The notes beneath the pieces were generated by a model that had not been told where the DNA came from, ran no database searches, and saw only the letters and a program-made list of their open reading frames with translations. A DNA stretch of 64,000 nt from Methanomassiliicoccaceae archaeon (GTDB taxonomy: Archaea; Thermoplasmatota; Thermoplasmata; Methanomassiliicoccales; Methanomassiliicoccaceae). Every line of letters starts with the position of its first letter. Positions within the stretch are counted from its first letter, which is position 1. Both the position numbers and the translations under genes were made by a program. Below are positions 21,083 to 30,114 of this stretch, piece after piece. The DNA lies in assembly GCA_963728405.1 (NCBI GenBank), contig CAVSJV010000003.1:96001-160000 (forward strand). The letters run 5' to 3'.

Positions 21083-21678
21083 CTAAATCATGGGTTCCCG
21101 GTGGCATGGGGAGGGCATAACGGGATCATCCCGGTGATCGAACCGTCTGTTCGCGAACGGTTCCCAGGTCGGGGCGAATTTCAAAGCAGCCGTGGGAAGC
21201 ATCTTCGGCCATGAAGCCTGAGTCGTCGGACCGTCCGGGCCGTTCCTATCGTTCCTCTTGCTCTGAGAAACGAGGGCGTGGTTCAGGCATTTGATTGTTG
21301 CTTCATACTCGCCCATGTTGCTCGGCTTCAGGCAGTAGCTCGTGGCACCCAGGGAGCGAGCTTTGGTCTCATCGGATGGGTTGAGGGAGCCGGTCAGGAC
21401 GACGACGGGTATCGACCTCAACGTGTTCGAGGACTTTACGAAAGTGAGCACATCGAAACCGTTCACCATGGGCAAGTTAAGGTCCAGAACAATGATGTCG
21501 GGTTGGACCACGGAAAAGAATCCGTTCTTCTTCTCTAGGTAGTCCAGGGCAATCTGGCCATTCTTCGCCACGAACATCTTGTTAGAGGCAGTCCGATCTC
21601 CTCCAACATCTCCTGGACAATCGAGGCATCGCTCGGATTGTCCTCGATTATCAGTACTTCAATCTGGTTCCAATTCAT
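21083..21678 (-). CDS. response regulator (frameshift near 21590)
   Basis: ATG overlaps the kinase stop (MNWNQIEVLIIEDNPSD); IIVLDLNLP, IPVVVLTGS, KP. Confidence 0.85.
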
Positions 21679-23150
21679 CGTGCGTCTCCTCCCTTTGGCA
21701 TAGTAAAGTAGAACTTTGCTCCCTTCCCTTCCTCCGACTCGACCCAGATGCGACCACCGTGGTTCTCCACGATTCTCTTGGCGACCGCTAGCCCGATACC
21801 GGTACCCTCGTAATCGTTACGGTTGTGCAGGCGCTGGAACATCTCGAATATCTTTTCGTGGAATTTAGAATCGATTCCTATTCCGTTATCCTGGATGGAG
21901 AATAACCATTCTCGGCCGCGGTCCTGGCATGATACATGCACCTTGGGTGGTTCTTTTCCGTGATACTTGATAGCGTTGCCGATAAGGTTCTGCAGCAACT
22001 GGGCCATCTGTCCTTTGTCCCCAATGATCGTAGGAAGAGAATCTTCCTGAATGGTAGCATTATTGGCAGTGATGGATGTTCTCAGAGAATCGATCGTCTC
22101 GCTCAGGACATGGTTCATATCTACGTTAGTGGAGGCAATGTTCTTCGACTGCAGCCTCGAGTACGCGAGTAGATCGACGATGAGATCCTTCATCCTGCTC
22201 GCGCCTTCTACGGCGTAATCGATGTGTTCCTTTCCCCGGCCATCCAATTTATCGGCGTATCGTCTCTCCAACAAGCTCAGCTGCATGGTGACGGTCCGGA
22301 GCGGCTCCTGCAGGTCGTGGCTGGCCACGTAAGCGAACTGCTGAAGCTCGGCGTTGGAGCGCTTCAGCGCCTCTTCCGCGTTCTTGCGCTCGGTAAGAGC
22401 TCTTTCAAGTTCACTCTTTGAAGCGGTCACCGTTTTCAGATTGGCAGTCATCTGATTGACGGATTGAGAAATTTCGCCGATTTCATCTTTATTTGCTTTC
22501 AAGGAGTAATCAAGGTTACCTGAACCTATTACTCCAATCCCTTTTTGCAACTCAACGATCGATTTATAAGTTTTCCGATATGTTATAATATAAACGGTTA
22601 GAAAGTAAATGCCGAAAAGCCCAAGAAGAGTAATAATGAGAATGATGTTTGTAGAGTTGGCTTGGTCGACTTGGTCACGCAGATTTTGCGAAAGTTGTTG
22701 TGCATCAAATGATAGAGCTTGAACTTGAACCGCAATTCGGCTCCACTGGATCTGAAATTGTGGCAGTACCCCTACGCTAACGTTTCCAGGCTCTTTTTCA
22801 AGAATAGACACCACACTATTGAAAACAGCGTTTAGGTTCTGCAGGTCATTTTTTACGTTGTTAACAAGCGTTTGTCGGTGGAGATCGGTCGAGTTCAGTT
22901 TTGCAAGTTCTTCGGACAATCTTGCAAATTGGGTCTGCCACAAGGAAATGGAGGAATTGTCTTGGTAGAGGAGGTAATTGCTCGAGATATAGTTGAGGTT
23001 GCTAGCTCCTGTCTGAATGTCGTGGGCAGTGGCTTCTTGATTACTCAACTGTGACGTCCGGACTTCAGTTATGACTATGGATGCTATAATGATAGTCAGT
23101 ATTACGATAAAACTTACTATGCCCATTAGGAACTGATGTTTAAGTTTCAT
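21675..23150 (-). CDS. membrane sensor histidine kinase (2 TM, HAMP, HisKA, HATPase)
   Basis: DEIGEISQSVNQM, FAYVASHDLQEPLR, NLIGNAIKY, DNGIG, GTGIGLA. Confidence 0.95.
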   Translation of the reverse strand: MKLKHQFLMGIVSFIVILTIIIASIVITEVRTSQLSNQEATAHDIQTGASNLNYISSNYLLYQDNSSISLWQTQFARLSEELAKLNSTDLHRQTLVNNVKNDLQNLNAVFNSVVSILEKEPGNVSVGVLPQFQIQWSRIAVQVQALSFDAQQLSQNLRDQVDQANSTNIILIITLLGLFGIYFLTVYIITYRKTYKSIVELQKGIGVIGSGNLDYSLKANKDEIGEISQSVNQMTANLKTVTASKSELERALTERKNAEEALKRSNAELQQFAYVASHDLQEPLRTVTMQLSLLERRYADKLDGRGKEHIDYAVEGASRMKDLIVDLLAYSRLQSKNIASTNVDMNHVLSETIDSLRTSITANNATIQEDSLPTIIGDKGQMAQLLQNLIGNAIKYHGKEPPKVHVSCQDRGREWLFSIQDNGIGIDSKFHEKIFEMFQRLHNRNDYEGTGIGLAVAKRIVENHGGRIWVESEEGKGAKFYFTMPKGGDAR

Positions 23151-23159
23151 TTTTCTTCA

Positions 23160-24203
23160 TCAGCCAATGATGTTTACTGCCTCTGGCTTTACGGCCTCCA
23201 ATCCATCAGTGTAGATGTAGTTTAGGAAGTTGGGAACAGAGGTTGCATTTGTTAAGTGGTTGTTTCTAAGCCATCGAGCTTCATCTTGCATTGCTAATAG
23301 TAGCGATTGGTCGAGCGTTAAAGCGAACGCATTCTGCTTCCAAACGGTTTCCACATACTCGTCAGTAAAGTTTAGTGCTTTCTTGACTATTTCTTTTGCC
23401 TGGGCCGGTTGGTTAATTGTGAATTCTTCAGCCCGCAGGAGTGATTTGAGAAAACTGTTGACCAGTTCAGGATGCGCTGAAATCCAATCATCTTTGGCAA
23501 TCGCCAGTGAATATAGAGGCTGATTACTCTGTATCGACCAAACAACAGCGTTATCACCCAGACCCTGTTTCGCTAAATCGGTATATGGTTGTGCACTTGC
23601 AACCGCATCAACAGAGCCGTTGACAACAGCATTCACCCAATCTGCTGGCGTTTTGAGATCGATAAGATTTACGTCTTGCATTTCAATGCCGTTAAGTTCT
23701 AAAAATCGTCCTAGGTAAAACTGGGCTATAGTTCCAAAGGCTGTTCCAATTGTTTTTCCTTTTATATCTGAAACATTTACAATTCCCCGGTCTGCCCGTC
23801 CGACAAGATTTATATATTCGCCCTTGTCGATACTTCCAATTGTTTGGAGCTTTTCTTGATTAAGTGCGCTTGCAGCGAAAGGGAACTCCGATGTTCCCAC
23901 GACAATATCCGCTTCTCCATTGAGCATACCGCTTAATGCACCTGCTCCACTACCATACATGCGTGTGGTTACTTGAAGACCGTGTTGTGCAAAAAACTGC
24001 TGGTTTTGGGCAATCAAAAAAAGCGAGGTGGCCTCAAACGGTGAATAAGCAACGGTGATTGATTCTATTTTTTTGCCCATATTAGATTTCTGTGTATTGA
24101 GATAAACGAATGAGCTGAGAATAACTACTGTGACTAAGAGCACTGCGGCGAGGATTATGAGTTTCTTTTTCTTTTGCTCGGATATCTGCATGCCAATTTC
24201 CAT
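23160..24203 (-). CDS. NrtA/SsuA/NMT1-like solute-binding protein
   Basis: N-terminal TM anchor; AQNQQFFAQHGL, DIKGKTIGTAFGT, HPELVNSFLKSL. Confidence 0.85.
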   Translation of the reverse strand: MEIGMQISEQKKKKLIILAAVLLVTVVILSSFVYLNTQKSNMGKKIESITVAYSPFEATSLFLIAQNQQFFAQHGLQVTTRMYGSGAGALSGMLNGEADIVVGTSEFPFAASALNQEKLQTIGSIDKGEYINLVGRADRGIVNVSDIKGKTIGTAFGTIAQFYLGRFLELNGIEMQDVNLIDLKTPADWVNAVVNGSVDAVASAQPYTDLAKQGLGDNAVVWSIQSNQPLYSLAIAKDDWISAHPELVNSFLKSLLRAEEFTINQPAQAKEIVKKALNFTDEYVETVWKQNAFALTLDQSLLLAMQDEARWLRNNHLTNATSVPNFLNYIYTDGLEAVKPEAVNIIG

Positions 24204-24599
24204 CCTAGGCCCGCAATCGCCCAGTGCTTCGCTGATACTCTTCAGCCATCGCCACCCTTGGACCGCTTATTCCATCATCGAATAATGCTACTTGAACTCT
24301 CCTCCTGAAGGGTACAACATGATAGAAATGCCCGCAGTTATAGCTCACTAATCATTGACTAGGCGTTCATGATCGAGATTAATCTTGAGTCTAGTTCCCA
24401 ATATTAATCAACGTGCATCTTCTATAATTGTAAGGGATTAATGATACTAATTTCGTTCCCAATTTTATCAATTGAAAACAACATATTCTTTGTACACTCC
24501 TCTAAACATGATAATAGGGTTTAGCCAGGCGAATTAGCGGTCACAAATTCTGCTCTGTCCACTTACGCAATTATATTTCAAAAATTCAAATTCCGGTAT

Positions 24600-24860
24600 C
24601 GGTAGGATATCGGACTCGAGGGGGTAGCCAGGAGAGGACAAGCAACCCTCATCGGACATCGAGGCAGGTACCCCACCTAAGGGTGAGTCTGCTGGGGTCA
24701 AACGTGGGGGGTCGAGGCAGGGGTCTCAAGCCTCCCCTTTGACCAGGTAATCGTCTGCAGTCAGGGGGTCAAGGACCCAGGGGGTCGGAGTAAGCCTCTC
24801 CGGACTTCGCAGGGACTAGTTTCACCGTAGCCAAGGAAAGGCGGGTCCATACCCCCCTCA
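24600..24860 (+). ncRNA. candidate structured non-coding RNA with a group-I-intron-like core
   Basis: No ORF; G-rich block inside an AT-rich spacer; closing stem GAGGGGG (24618-24624)/CCCCCTC (24853-24859); several nested helices; TTATAT box at 24571-24576. Confidence 0.55.
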
Positions 24861-24935
24861 TTGAGGCCGTCCAGGTGCCCCGGTGCAAAAAACCGCTGAT
24901 TGACGAAAAAGTTGGGATGACTGGCTAGGGTTTTC

Positions 24936-26684
24936 TTACATCCCCCAGAACTTGTCCACCTTCCGCTTCACTTCGAGCGTTTCGTCCAGGAGCATGCGGT
25001 CGTCGAGGTTGAGGTCCATCTTCTGGATCTCCTTGATCATCAGCTCCCTCAGGTCGACGTACAGAATGTCCTCAACGTTGATCTGGCGACCGACCGTCGG
25101 TCCCTCGATCGCTACAGCGACCTCCTGCCCCTGGATCGCTTCCTTGACCACTTCTTCCCCAGAGCGGATGGACCGGATCTTTCCGACGTCGATGCCTTCG
25201 GTGTTGAGCAGGGTCTGCCCCGGCCGTATGCGGCCTGCCAGGACCCTCACCCCGACGATGGCCGGCTTGGAGGCCCGGAAGACACAGTTGGGAAGCAACT
25301 TCACTTTACCGGGGAAGGCAAACTCCGAGCGCTTCTCCACGTCCAGGCGGCGCTTCTCCTCCTCCACCCACTTCTGATAGTCCTCGATTAGGCGGTAGAC
25401 GACGTCGTTGGTGAAGACCTTCAGCGGATAGTTGGGCAGCGCGTCCTTGGCCTCCGGGAGCAGGGTGACATTGAAGCCGAGGATGACGCGGTGCTGCGGC
25501 TCCCCGTACGCCGCGGTATCGATGAGGTCCTTCCGAGAGATGGCACCGGTATCGTACTTGCGGATGGGGATCTCAGCCGCCTTGCATTCGAAGGCCAGCG
25601 CCTCGAGCGATCCGATGGCGTCCGCCTTGATGTAGACGCCCGCTTCGATGGTCTCGATATTGACCTTGGTCTCGTTGACCACCTCTTCCAATGCCTCATT
25701 GACGTTGCCGGTCGCCGCCCTCAGCGGTCCTCCCGCCACGACGCCATCGATGCTCTGGCACATCACCTTGATGCCGATGGCCGCGGAGACCTCCTTCACC
25801 GATTCGAAGCGGTCCCGAGGGTCGCGGATCTCGTCCAGCGGCTTCGGCTTGAGGATCGCCTTGATCTTGGTGGTGAGCGGCTTGCCCTTCGTTCCGAGGA
25901 TGACGGTGTCCCCACGATGCAATGTGCCGGCATAGATGATCACGTCCAGCGTAGAGCCCAAGCCCTTCTCTTCCTTTACCTCCAGGATGGTGCCCTGGGC
26001 CGGCCCCTCCTCGGTCTTGAGCTGCTGCTCCAGGAACCTCTGGGCCAGGCCGATGAGCATGAGCAGCAGGTCCGGCAGTCCCTCGCCGTTGCGGGCCGAC
26101 ATAGGCACCACGGCAATGGTCTTGGTGAAGTCCTCGATGCGGTCGTAGCGGTCGGCGGAGAAACCTCTTTCATAGAGGTCTCCGATGATCTTGTACATCT
26201 TCTCGTCCAGCTTGGCCCTGCCCTCGTCGGTCTGGCTCTTGTAGCTGAGCACGAAGGGGGCGTTGGGCTTGGTCTGCCAGCCCTCCACCAGGTCGATCTT
26301 GTTCATGGCGATGATGAAGGGGGTCTTGAATCGCTTCAGGATGCCGATGGACTCGATGGTCTGGGGCTTCAGCCCCTCGTTGATGTCGATGACCAGGACG
26401 GCCAGGTCGGCCAAGGAGCCGCCCCTCGCCCGCAGCGAGGTGAACGATTGATGCCCGGGGGTGTCGATGAACAGGAGGCCGGGCATGTTGAACTTCTTCT
26501 CGCCGATGAGCGGCCGGCACACCTTATAGATGTGTTCTATCGGCACCTCGGTCGCGCCGATGTGCTGCGTGATCAGGCCAGCCTCGCGCTGAACGACGGC
26601 GGTGCCCCTGATACGATCGAGCAAAGAGGTCTTGCCGTGGTCCACGTGGCCTAGGACGCTCACAATCGGCTGCCTGGTGGGCAT
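24936..26684 (-). CDS. infB: translation initiation factor aIF5B (IF-2)
   Basis: RQPIVSVLGHVDHGKT, ITQHIGA, DTPGH, NKID. Confidence 0.98.
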   Translation of the reverse strand: MPTRQPIVSVLGHVDHGKTSLLDRIRGTAVVQREAGLITQHIGATEVPIEHIYKVCRPLIGEKKFNMPGLLFIDTPGHQSFTSLRARGGSLADLAVLVIDINEGLKPQTIESIGILKRFKTPFIIAMNKIDLVEGWQTKPNAPFVLSYKSQTDEGRAKLDEKMYKIIGDLYERGFSADRYDRIEDFTKTIAVVPMSARNGEGLPDLLLMLIGLAQRFLEQQLKTEEGPAQGTILEVKEEKGLGSTLDVIIYAGTLHRGDTVILGTKGKPLTTKIKAILKPKPLDEIRDPRDRFESVKEVSAAIGIKVMCQSIDGVVAGGPLRAATGNVNEALEEVVNETKVNIETIEAGVYIKADAIGSLEALAFECKAAEIPIRKYDTGAISRKDLIDTAAYGEPQHRVILGFNVTLLPEAKDALPNYPLKVFTNDVVYRLIEDYQKWVEEEKRRLDVEKRSEFAFPGKVKLLPNCVFRASKPAIVGVRVLAGRIRPGQTLLNTEGIDVGKIRSIRSGEEVVKEAIQGQEVAVAIEGPTVGRQINVEDILYVDLRELMIKEIQKMDLNLDDRMLLDETLEVKRKVDKFWGM

Positions 26685-26789
26685 AATGTCCTCGATAAAT
26701 GACAGCCTATTAGTAATTAACCGACCCGCGCGGAGCTCTAGCTGGGTGAGAGAAAAATGAAGAACGGCGGGCCGGGGCCCGAAAGAGGT

Positions 26790-27251
26790 TCACTCCAGGA
26801 ACCAGGGGTCCAGGGACCGCTTCCAGTCCTGAAGCTCGTGGCCAGTGAAGAAGAGGTCGATCTCGCGCTTGGCCGACTCAGGACCGTCGGAACCATGTAT
26901 GAGGTTCCGGCCGGTCTGCTGGGCCAGGTCGCCGCGTACCGTGCCTACCGCCGCGTTCTGCGGGTTGGTGGCGCCCATCATCGTCCTCATGGAGGCGATG
27001 ATGTTCTCTCCCTCCCATACCATCACGAGCACCGGACCCGAGGTCATGTACTCGATCAGGCCGGGGAAGAACGGCTTGCCCTTGTGCTCCCCGTAGTGGC
27101 GCTCCGCGAGTTCCTTGGGGATACGCATGAACTTCAAGGCCACCGGCTTGTGGCCCTTGGCCTCTATGCGACCCAGGATCTCGCCCATGAGCCCGCGCTG
27201 GACGGCGTCGGGCTTGAGCATGAGGAAGGTGCGCTCTATCAAACGGCTCAC
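26790..27251 (-). CDS. ndk: nucleoside diphosphate kinase
   Basis: ERTFLMLKPDAVQRGL, NLIHGSD. Confidence 0.98.
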   Translation of the reverse strand: MSRLIERTFLMLKPDAVQRGLMGEILGRIEAKGHKPVALKFMRIPKELAERHYGEHKGKPFFPGLIEYMTSGPVLVMVWEGENIIASMRTMMGATNPQNAAVGTVRGDLAQQTGRNLIHGSDGPESAKREIDLFFTGHELQDWKRSLDPWFLE

Positions 27252-27556
27252 TCCTTCTTCTTAGGAGCGTTTTCCTTCTTCTTCCTGACCGTGCTGGCGG
27301 TGGTCTTCTTGATCTTCTCTTCGACCGGGGCGGCAACCTCTTCCTTGGGCGCAGCGGCGGCCAAGGCGATCTCCTTCTCCCTCTTGGCCGCGCGGGTCCA
27401 GGTGGTCCTCCTAGGGATCCTGCCGAGCTCGATCATGTTCTTGTAGCACTTGTTGTTGTCGAACGACAGTACCGTGCCGTCCCTCTTGACGTGCAGCTTG
27501 CCGGTACCAGGTTCCATCTCCGCTCCGCAAAAGGAGCAGACCCTTCTCTCGACCAT
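27248..27556 (-). CDS. rpl24e: 50S ribosomal protein L24e
   Basis: CSFCGAEMEPGTG, KC, RIPRRTTWT. Confidence 0.95.
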   Translation of the reverse strand: MVERRVCSFCGAEMEPGTGKLHVKRDGTVLSFDNNKCYKNMIELGRIPRRTTWTRAAKREKEIALAAAAPKEEVAAPVEEKIKKTTASTVRKKKENAPKKKE

Positions 27557-27561
27557 TCAGA

Positions 27562-27777
27562 TCACCGTATGGAAAGCTTGCGAGCCTCTCTGGAGGTCTC
27601 TCTAAGCATCAATATGTCTCCCATGCGCACGGGGCCCATGATGTTGCGGGTGATGATGCGACCCTTATCGCGGCCCTCAAGCACACGCACCTTTACCTGG
27701 TTGGCCTCACCGGTCATTCCGGTCCGACCGATGATCTCGACCACTTCCGAAGGTATGCTGCTCTCGTCCTCAGCCAT
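27562..27777 (-). CDS. rps28e: 30S ribosomal protein S28e
   Basis: [10 protein letters not shown]...[22 protein letters not shown]. Confidence 0.97.
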   Translation of the reverse strand: MAEDESSIPSEVVEIIGRTGMTGEANQVKVRVLEGRDKGRIITRNIMGPVRMGDILMLRETSREARKLSIR

Positions 27778-27793
27778 GTCATTCCCTCCTAGC

Positions 27794-28165
27794 TCACTGC
27801 TTCAGCTTCTTCACTTGCTCAGCGAACCCATCGAGCAGAGGCTTGGCCTTTCCAGCGTCCAGGACGGCTACCGAGGCGGTCGGCTTTTCCAGTCCAACGG
27901 CGTGTCCCAGTTCGGCCTTTGAAGGCACGTATGCGTAGACGATGTTGCGCTCCTCGCACAGGAGGGGCATGTGAGCCAGTATCTCTGGGGGCTGAACATC
28001 CTCGGCCATGACGACCAGGATAGCATCGCCGCGCTCGACCAGCTTGGTGACCTCGTTGGTCCCCTTCCTCAGCTTTCCAGTGTCGCGGGCGGCCTCTACG
28101 ATCTCGTAGGCTTTGTCCGATAGCTCCTTTGGCATCTCGAAACGAACAAACATTGCTTTTGCCAT
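27794..28165 (-). CDS. rpl7ae: 50S ribosomal protein L7Ae
   Basis: [34 protein letters not shown]. Confidence 0.97.
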   Translation of the reverse strand: MAKAMFVRFEMPKELSDKAYEIVEAARDTGKLRKGTNEVTKLVERGDAILVVMAEDVQPPEILAHMPLLCEERNIVYAYVPSKAELGHAVGLEKPTASVAVLDAGKAKPLLDGFAEQVKKLKQ

Positions 28166-28170
28166 TTTTT

Positions 28171-28210
28171 CACCTCATTCGGATGTTGGGACATCCTCAT
28201 CATTCATCGG
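28171..28210 (-). promoter_or_regulatory. K-turn-containing 5' UTR of rpl7ae (L7Ae autoregulation site)
   Basis: Minus strand CCGAUGAAUGAUGA-GGAUGU-CCCA-ACAUCC-GAAUGAGGUG: hairpin flanked by GA steps, overlapping the GAGGUGA Shine-Dalgarno. Confidence 0.7.
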
Positions 28211-28247
28211 TTACACGAGAATGTAAAAAGGACCAAAGAGATGGCAA

Positions 28248-28255
28248 TATTTATA
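28248..28255 (-). promoter_or_regulatory. TATA box of the rpl7ae operon
   Basis: TATAAATA on the minus strand just upstream of the structured leader. Confidence 0.55.
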
Positions 28256-28305
28256 GTTAATCGGAACGGAAGATAGGAATGCCAGCAACCCGACCCGATA
28301 GTATT

Positions 28306-29109
28306 TCAGAACATTCGGCGGACGGCCTTGACCGATTCCCTAAGGGATGCGGCGGTCTTCACCTCCACCAGCACGCGGATGTCCCGCTTCCTGGCGAAGT
28401 CCAGCATGCCCCCGATGTCCACCATGCCAGTGCCGGGAACCTGGTGATCGCTCTTGCCGTTGTAGTCATGCAGATGCATGTGCCGCACCCGATCGGCATG
28501 GCGCAGCAGCACCTCCCGCTCCTTGAACCCGCTGCGGGCATCGTGCCCCATATCCCAGGTCAGATAGAAGCCGTCCATGGTGCACAGCTCATCGATGGCC
28601 TGGGCCACGAACGGCAGGTCGAAGTTGTTGACGTTCTCGGTGCAGATCTCCACTCCCGACGCGCAGGCCAGGGAGATCATCTCGTGGTATGCGGTCCACA
28701 GGTTGGAAGTGAAAACATCGACGTACCGATCGTAGATCCAGACCCGGCGGTCCGGGAGCGTGAAGTAGATGCCAGGGCTGAGATGCATATTGATGACCTT
28801 AACCCCGGCCTGATCGGCCCAGCCTAGCGCCTCGCGCATTCGGCCCAGATGGCCTTCCCTCACCGTGGGGTGCAGGGAGCCGAGGTCCAGCTCGTCGGGC
28901 GAATGCAGGGTGAACTCGATGCCGGTGCTCCTGGTGACATCTCTCACTTCCAGGGGGTCCAGGGCCTCGGGGCAGTTCTCGGGCATGTTCATGTTCAGTT
29001 CTATGAAAGATAGCTCGAGCTCCTGGCACAGATCGACCAGACCATGGAGGTCCGGCATCTCGATGAGCGCTGGCATCCCTAGCGAGAAGGGCATGGTCAC
29101 CGAAGGCAC
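28306..29109 (-). CDS. sugar phosphate isomerase/epimerase (xylose isomerase-like TIM barrel)
   Basis: TLHSP, ICTEN, TWDMGH, HMHLHD, DHQVPGTG, VLVE. Confidence 0.85.
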   Translation of the reverse strand: MPSVTMPFSLGMPALIEMPDLHGLVDLCQELELSFIELNMNMPENCPEALDPLEVRDVTRSTGIEFTLHSPDELDLGSLHPTVREGHLGRMREALGWADQAGVKVINMHLSPGIYFTLPDRRVWIYDRYVDVFTSNLWTAYHEMISLACASGVEICTENVNNFDLPFVAQAIDELCTMDGFYLTWDMGHDARSGFKEREVLLRHADRVRHMHLHDYNGKSDHQVPGTGMVDIGGMLDFARKRDIRVLVEVKTAASLRESVKAVRRMF

Positions 29110-29145
29110 CGCCGCAGCGGATATTAGAATTTACCCATTATGCTC

Positions 29146-30114
29146 TCAGATGCCGTAGAGCGGATCACCATCATGCGCCAACACCTCCTCGTGGACCGGT
29201 ACCGCGCAGGGGGGGTTGGGGGCCTCCTGGCCGTAATGCGCCTTCCATTTCTCGCACAGCCAGGACTGGAGGGTCCTGATGTCCCCTTCGGTCATATGCT
29301 TGAAGCGGCCCTGCAGCTTGAGGTACTCCGTGACCGGCAGCATCTCCTTCGGTCGGAACGTCACCTTGGGAACACCGTTCTCGACCTCGTACAACGTCCA
29401 CATGCCCGTATCCACCGCCAGCCGGTTTATGCTCACGCCCTTGGACGGTTCGATCCGCCAGCCGGGAACGCAAGGCGTTAGGCAGTGCAGGAACCGGAAG
29501 CCCTTCATGTCCTTGGCCTTCTGGACCTTGCGCACGAAGTCACTGAAATGCGCCACCGACAATGTGGCCACATACGGGACCTCATGATCGGCCACGATGC
29601 GGGCAATATCCTTCTTGAAGCGGCGGTTCCCTTGGACCTCGGTGCCGACCGGCGTGGTCGTCGTCCACGCCCCGAACGGGGTGGCGCTGCTTCTCTGGAT
29701 GCCGGTATTCATGAACGCCTCGTTGTCCAGGCACACATAGATCATGTCCTCGTTGCGCTCCGCCGCGCCGGACAGGGCCTGCAGCCCGATGTCGAAGGTA
29801 CCGCCGTCGCCGGCCATGCCGACCACGGTCGAGTCGATACCCCTCCGCCGCAGCGCCGCCTTGATGCCCGAGGTCACTGCCCCGGTGTTCTCGAAGGCGG
29901 TGTAGAAGTAGGGGATCTTCCACGACGACGTCGGATACAGGGCTCCGAACACCACCAGGCAGGATGCCGGGACGTACACAACGGTGTTCGGTCCGAGCAT
30001 CTTGGCGATGTTCTTTGCCGTAGCGGCGTAACCGCATCCTGGGCAGGCACCATGGCCATGGGTGAGCATGTCCTCGCGCGGAACGTCCCTCATGCTGCTC
30101 ATCTTCCCGATCAT
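29146..30114 (-). CDS. porB: 2-oxoacid (pyruvate):ferredoxin oxidoreductase beta subunit
   Basis: GHGACPGCG, GDGGTFDIG, DNEAFMNTGIQRS. Confidence 0.93.
   Translation of the reverse strand: MIGKMSSMRDVPREDMLTHGHGACPGCGYAATAKNIAKMLGPNTVVYVPASCLVVFGALYPTSSWKIPYFYTAFENTGAVTSGIKAALRRRGIDSTVVGMAGDGGTFDIGLQALSGAAERNEDMIYVCLDNEAFMNTGIQRSSATPFGAWTTTTPVGTEVQGNRRFKKDIARIVADHEVPYVATLSVAHFSDFVRKVQKAKDMKGFRFLHCLTPCVPGWRIEPSKGVSINRLAVDTGMWTLYEVENGVPKVTFRPKEMLPVTEYLKLQGRFKHMTEGDIRTLQSWLCEKWKAHYGQEAPNPPCAVPVHEEVLAHDGDPLYGI

Noticed and set aside
24600-24860. RNase P RNA, SRP RNA, tRNA/tmRNA or cobalamin riboswitch identity for the structured RNA
   Set aside because: No GAGGAAnnUCC/ACAGAA P4 signature, no SRP helix 8, no T-arm despite an acceptor-like stem, and only an isolated AGCCAGGAGA without the rest of a B12 element.
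25491-26654. Long antisense or alternative-frame ORFs (also 5171..6340, 59122..60045, 62259..63179)
   Set aside because: Shadows of well-supported genes caused by high-GC codon bias; no motifs.
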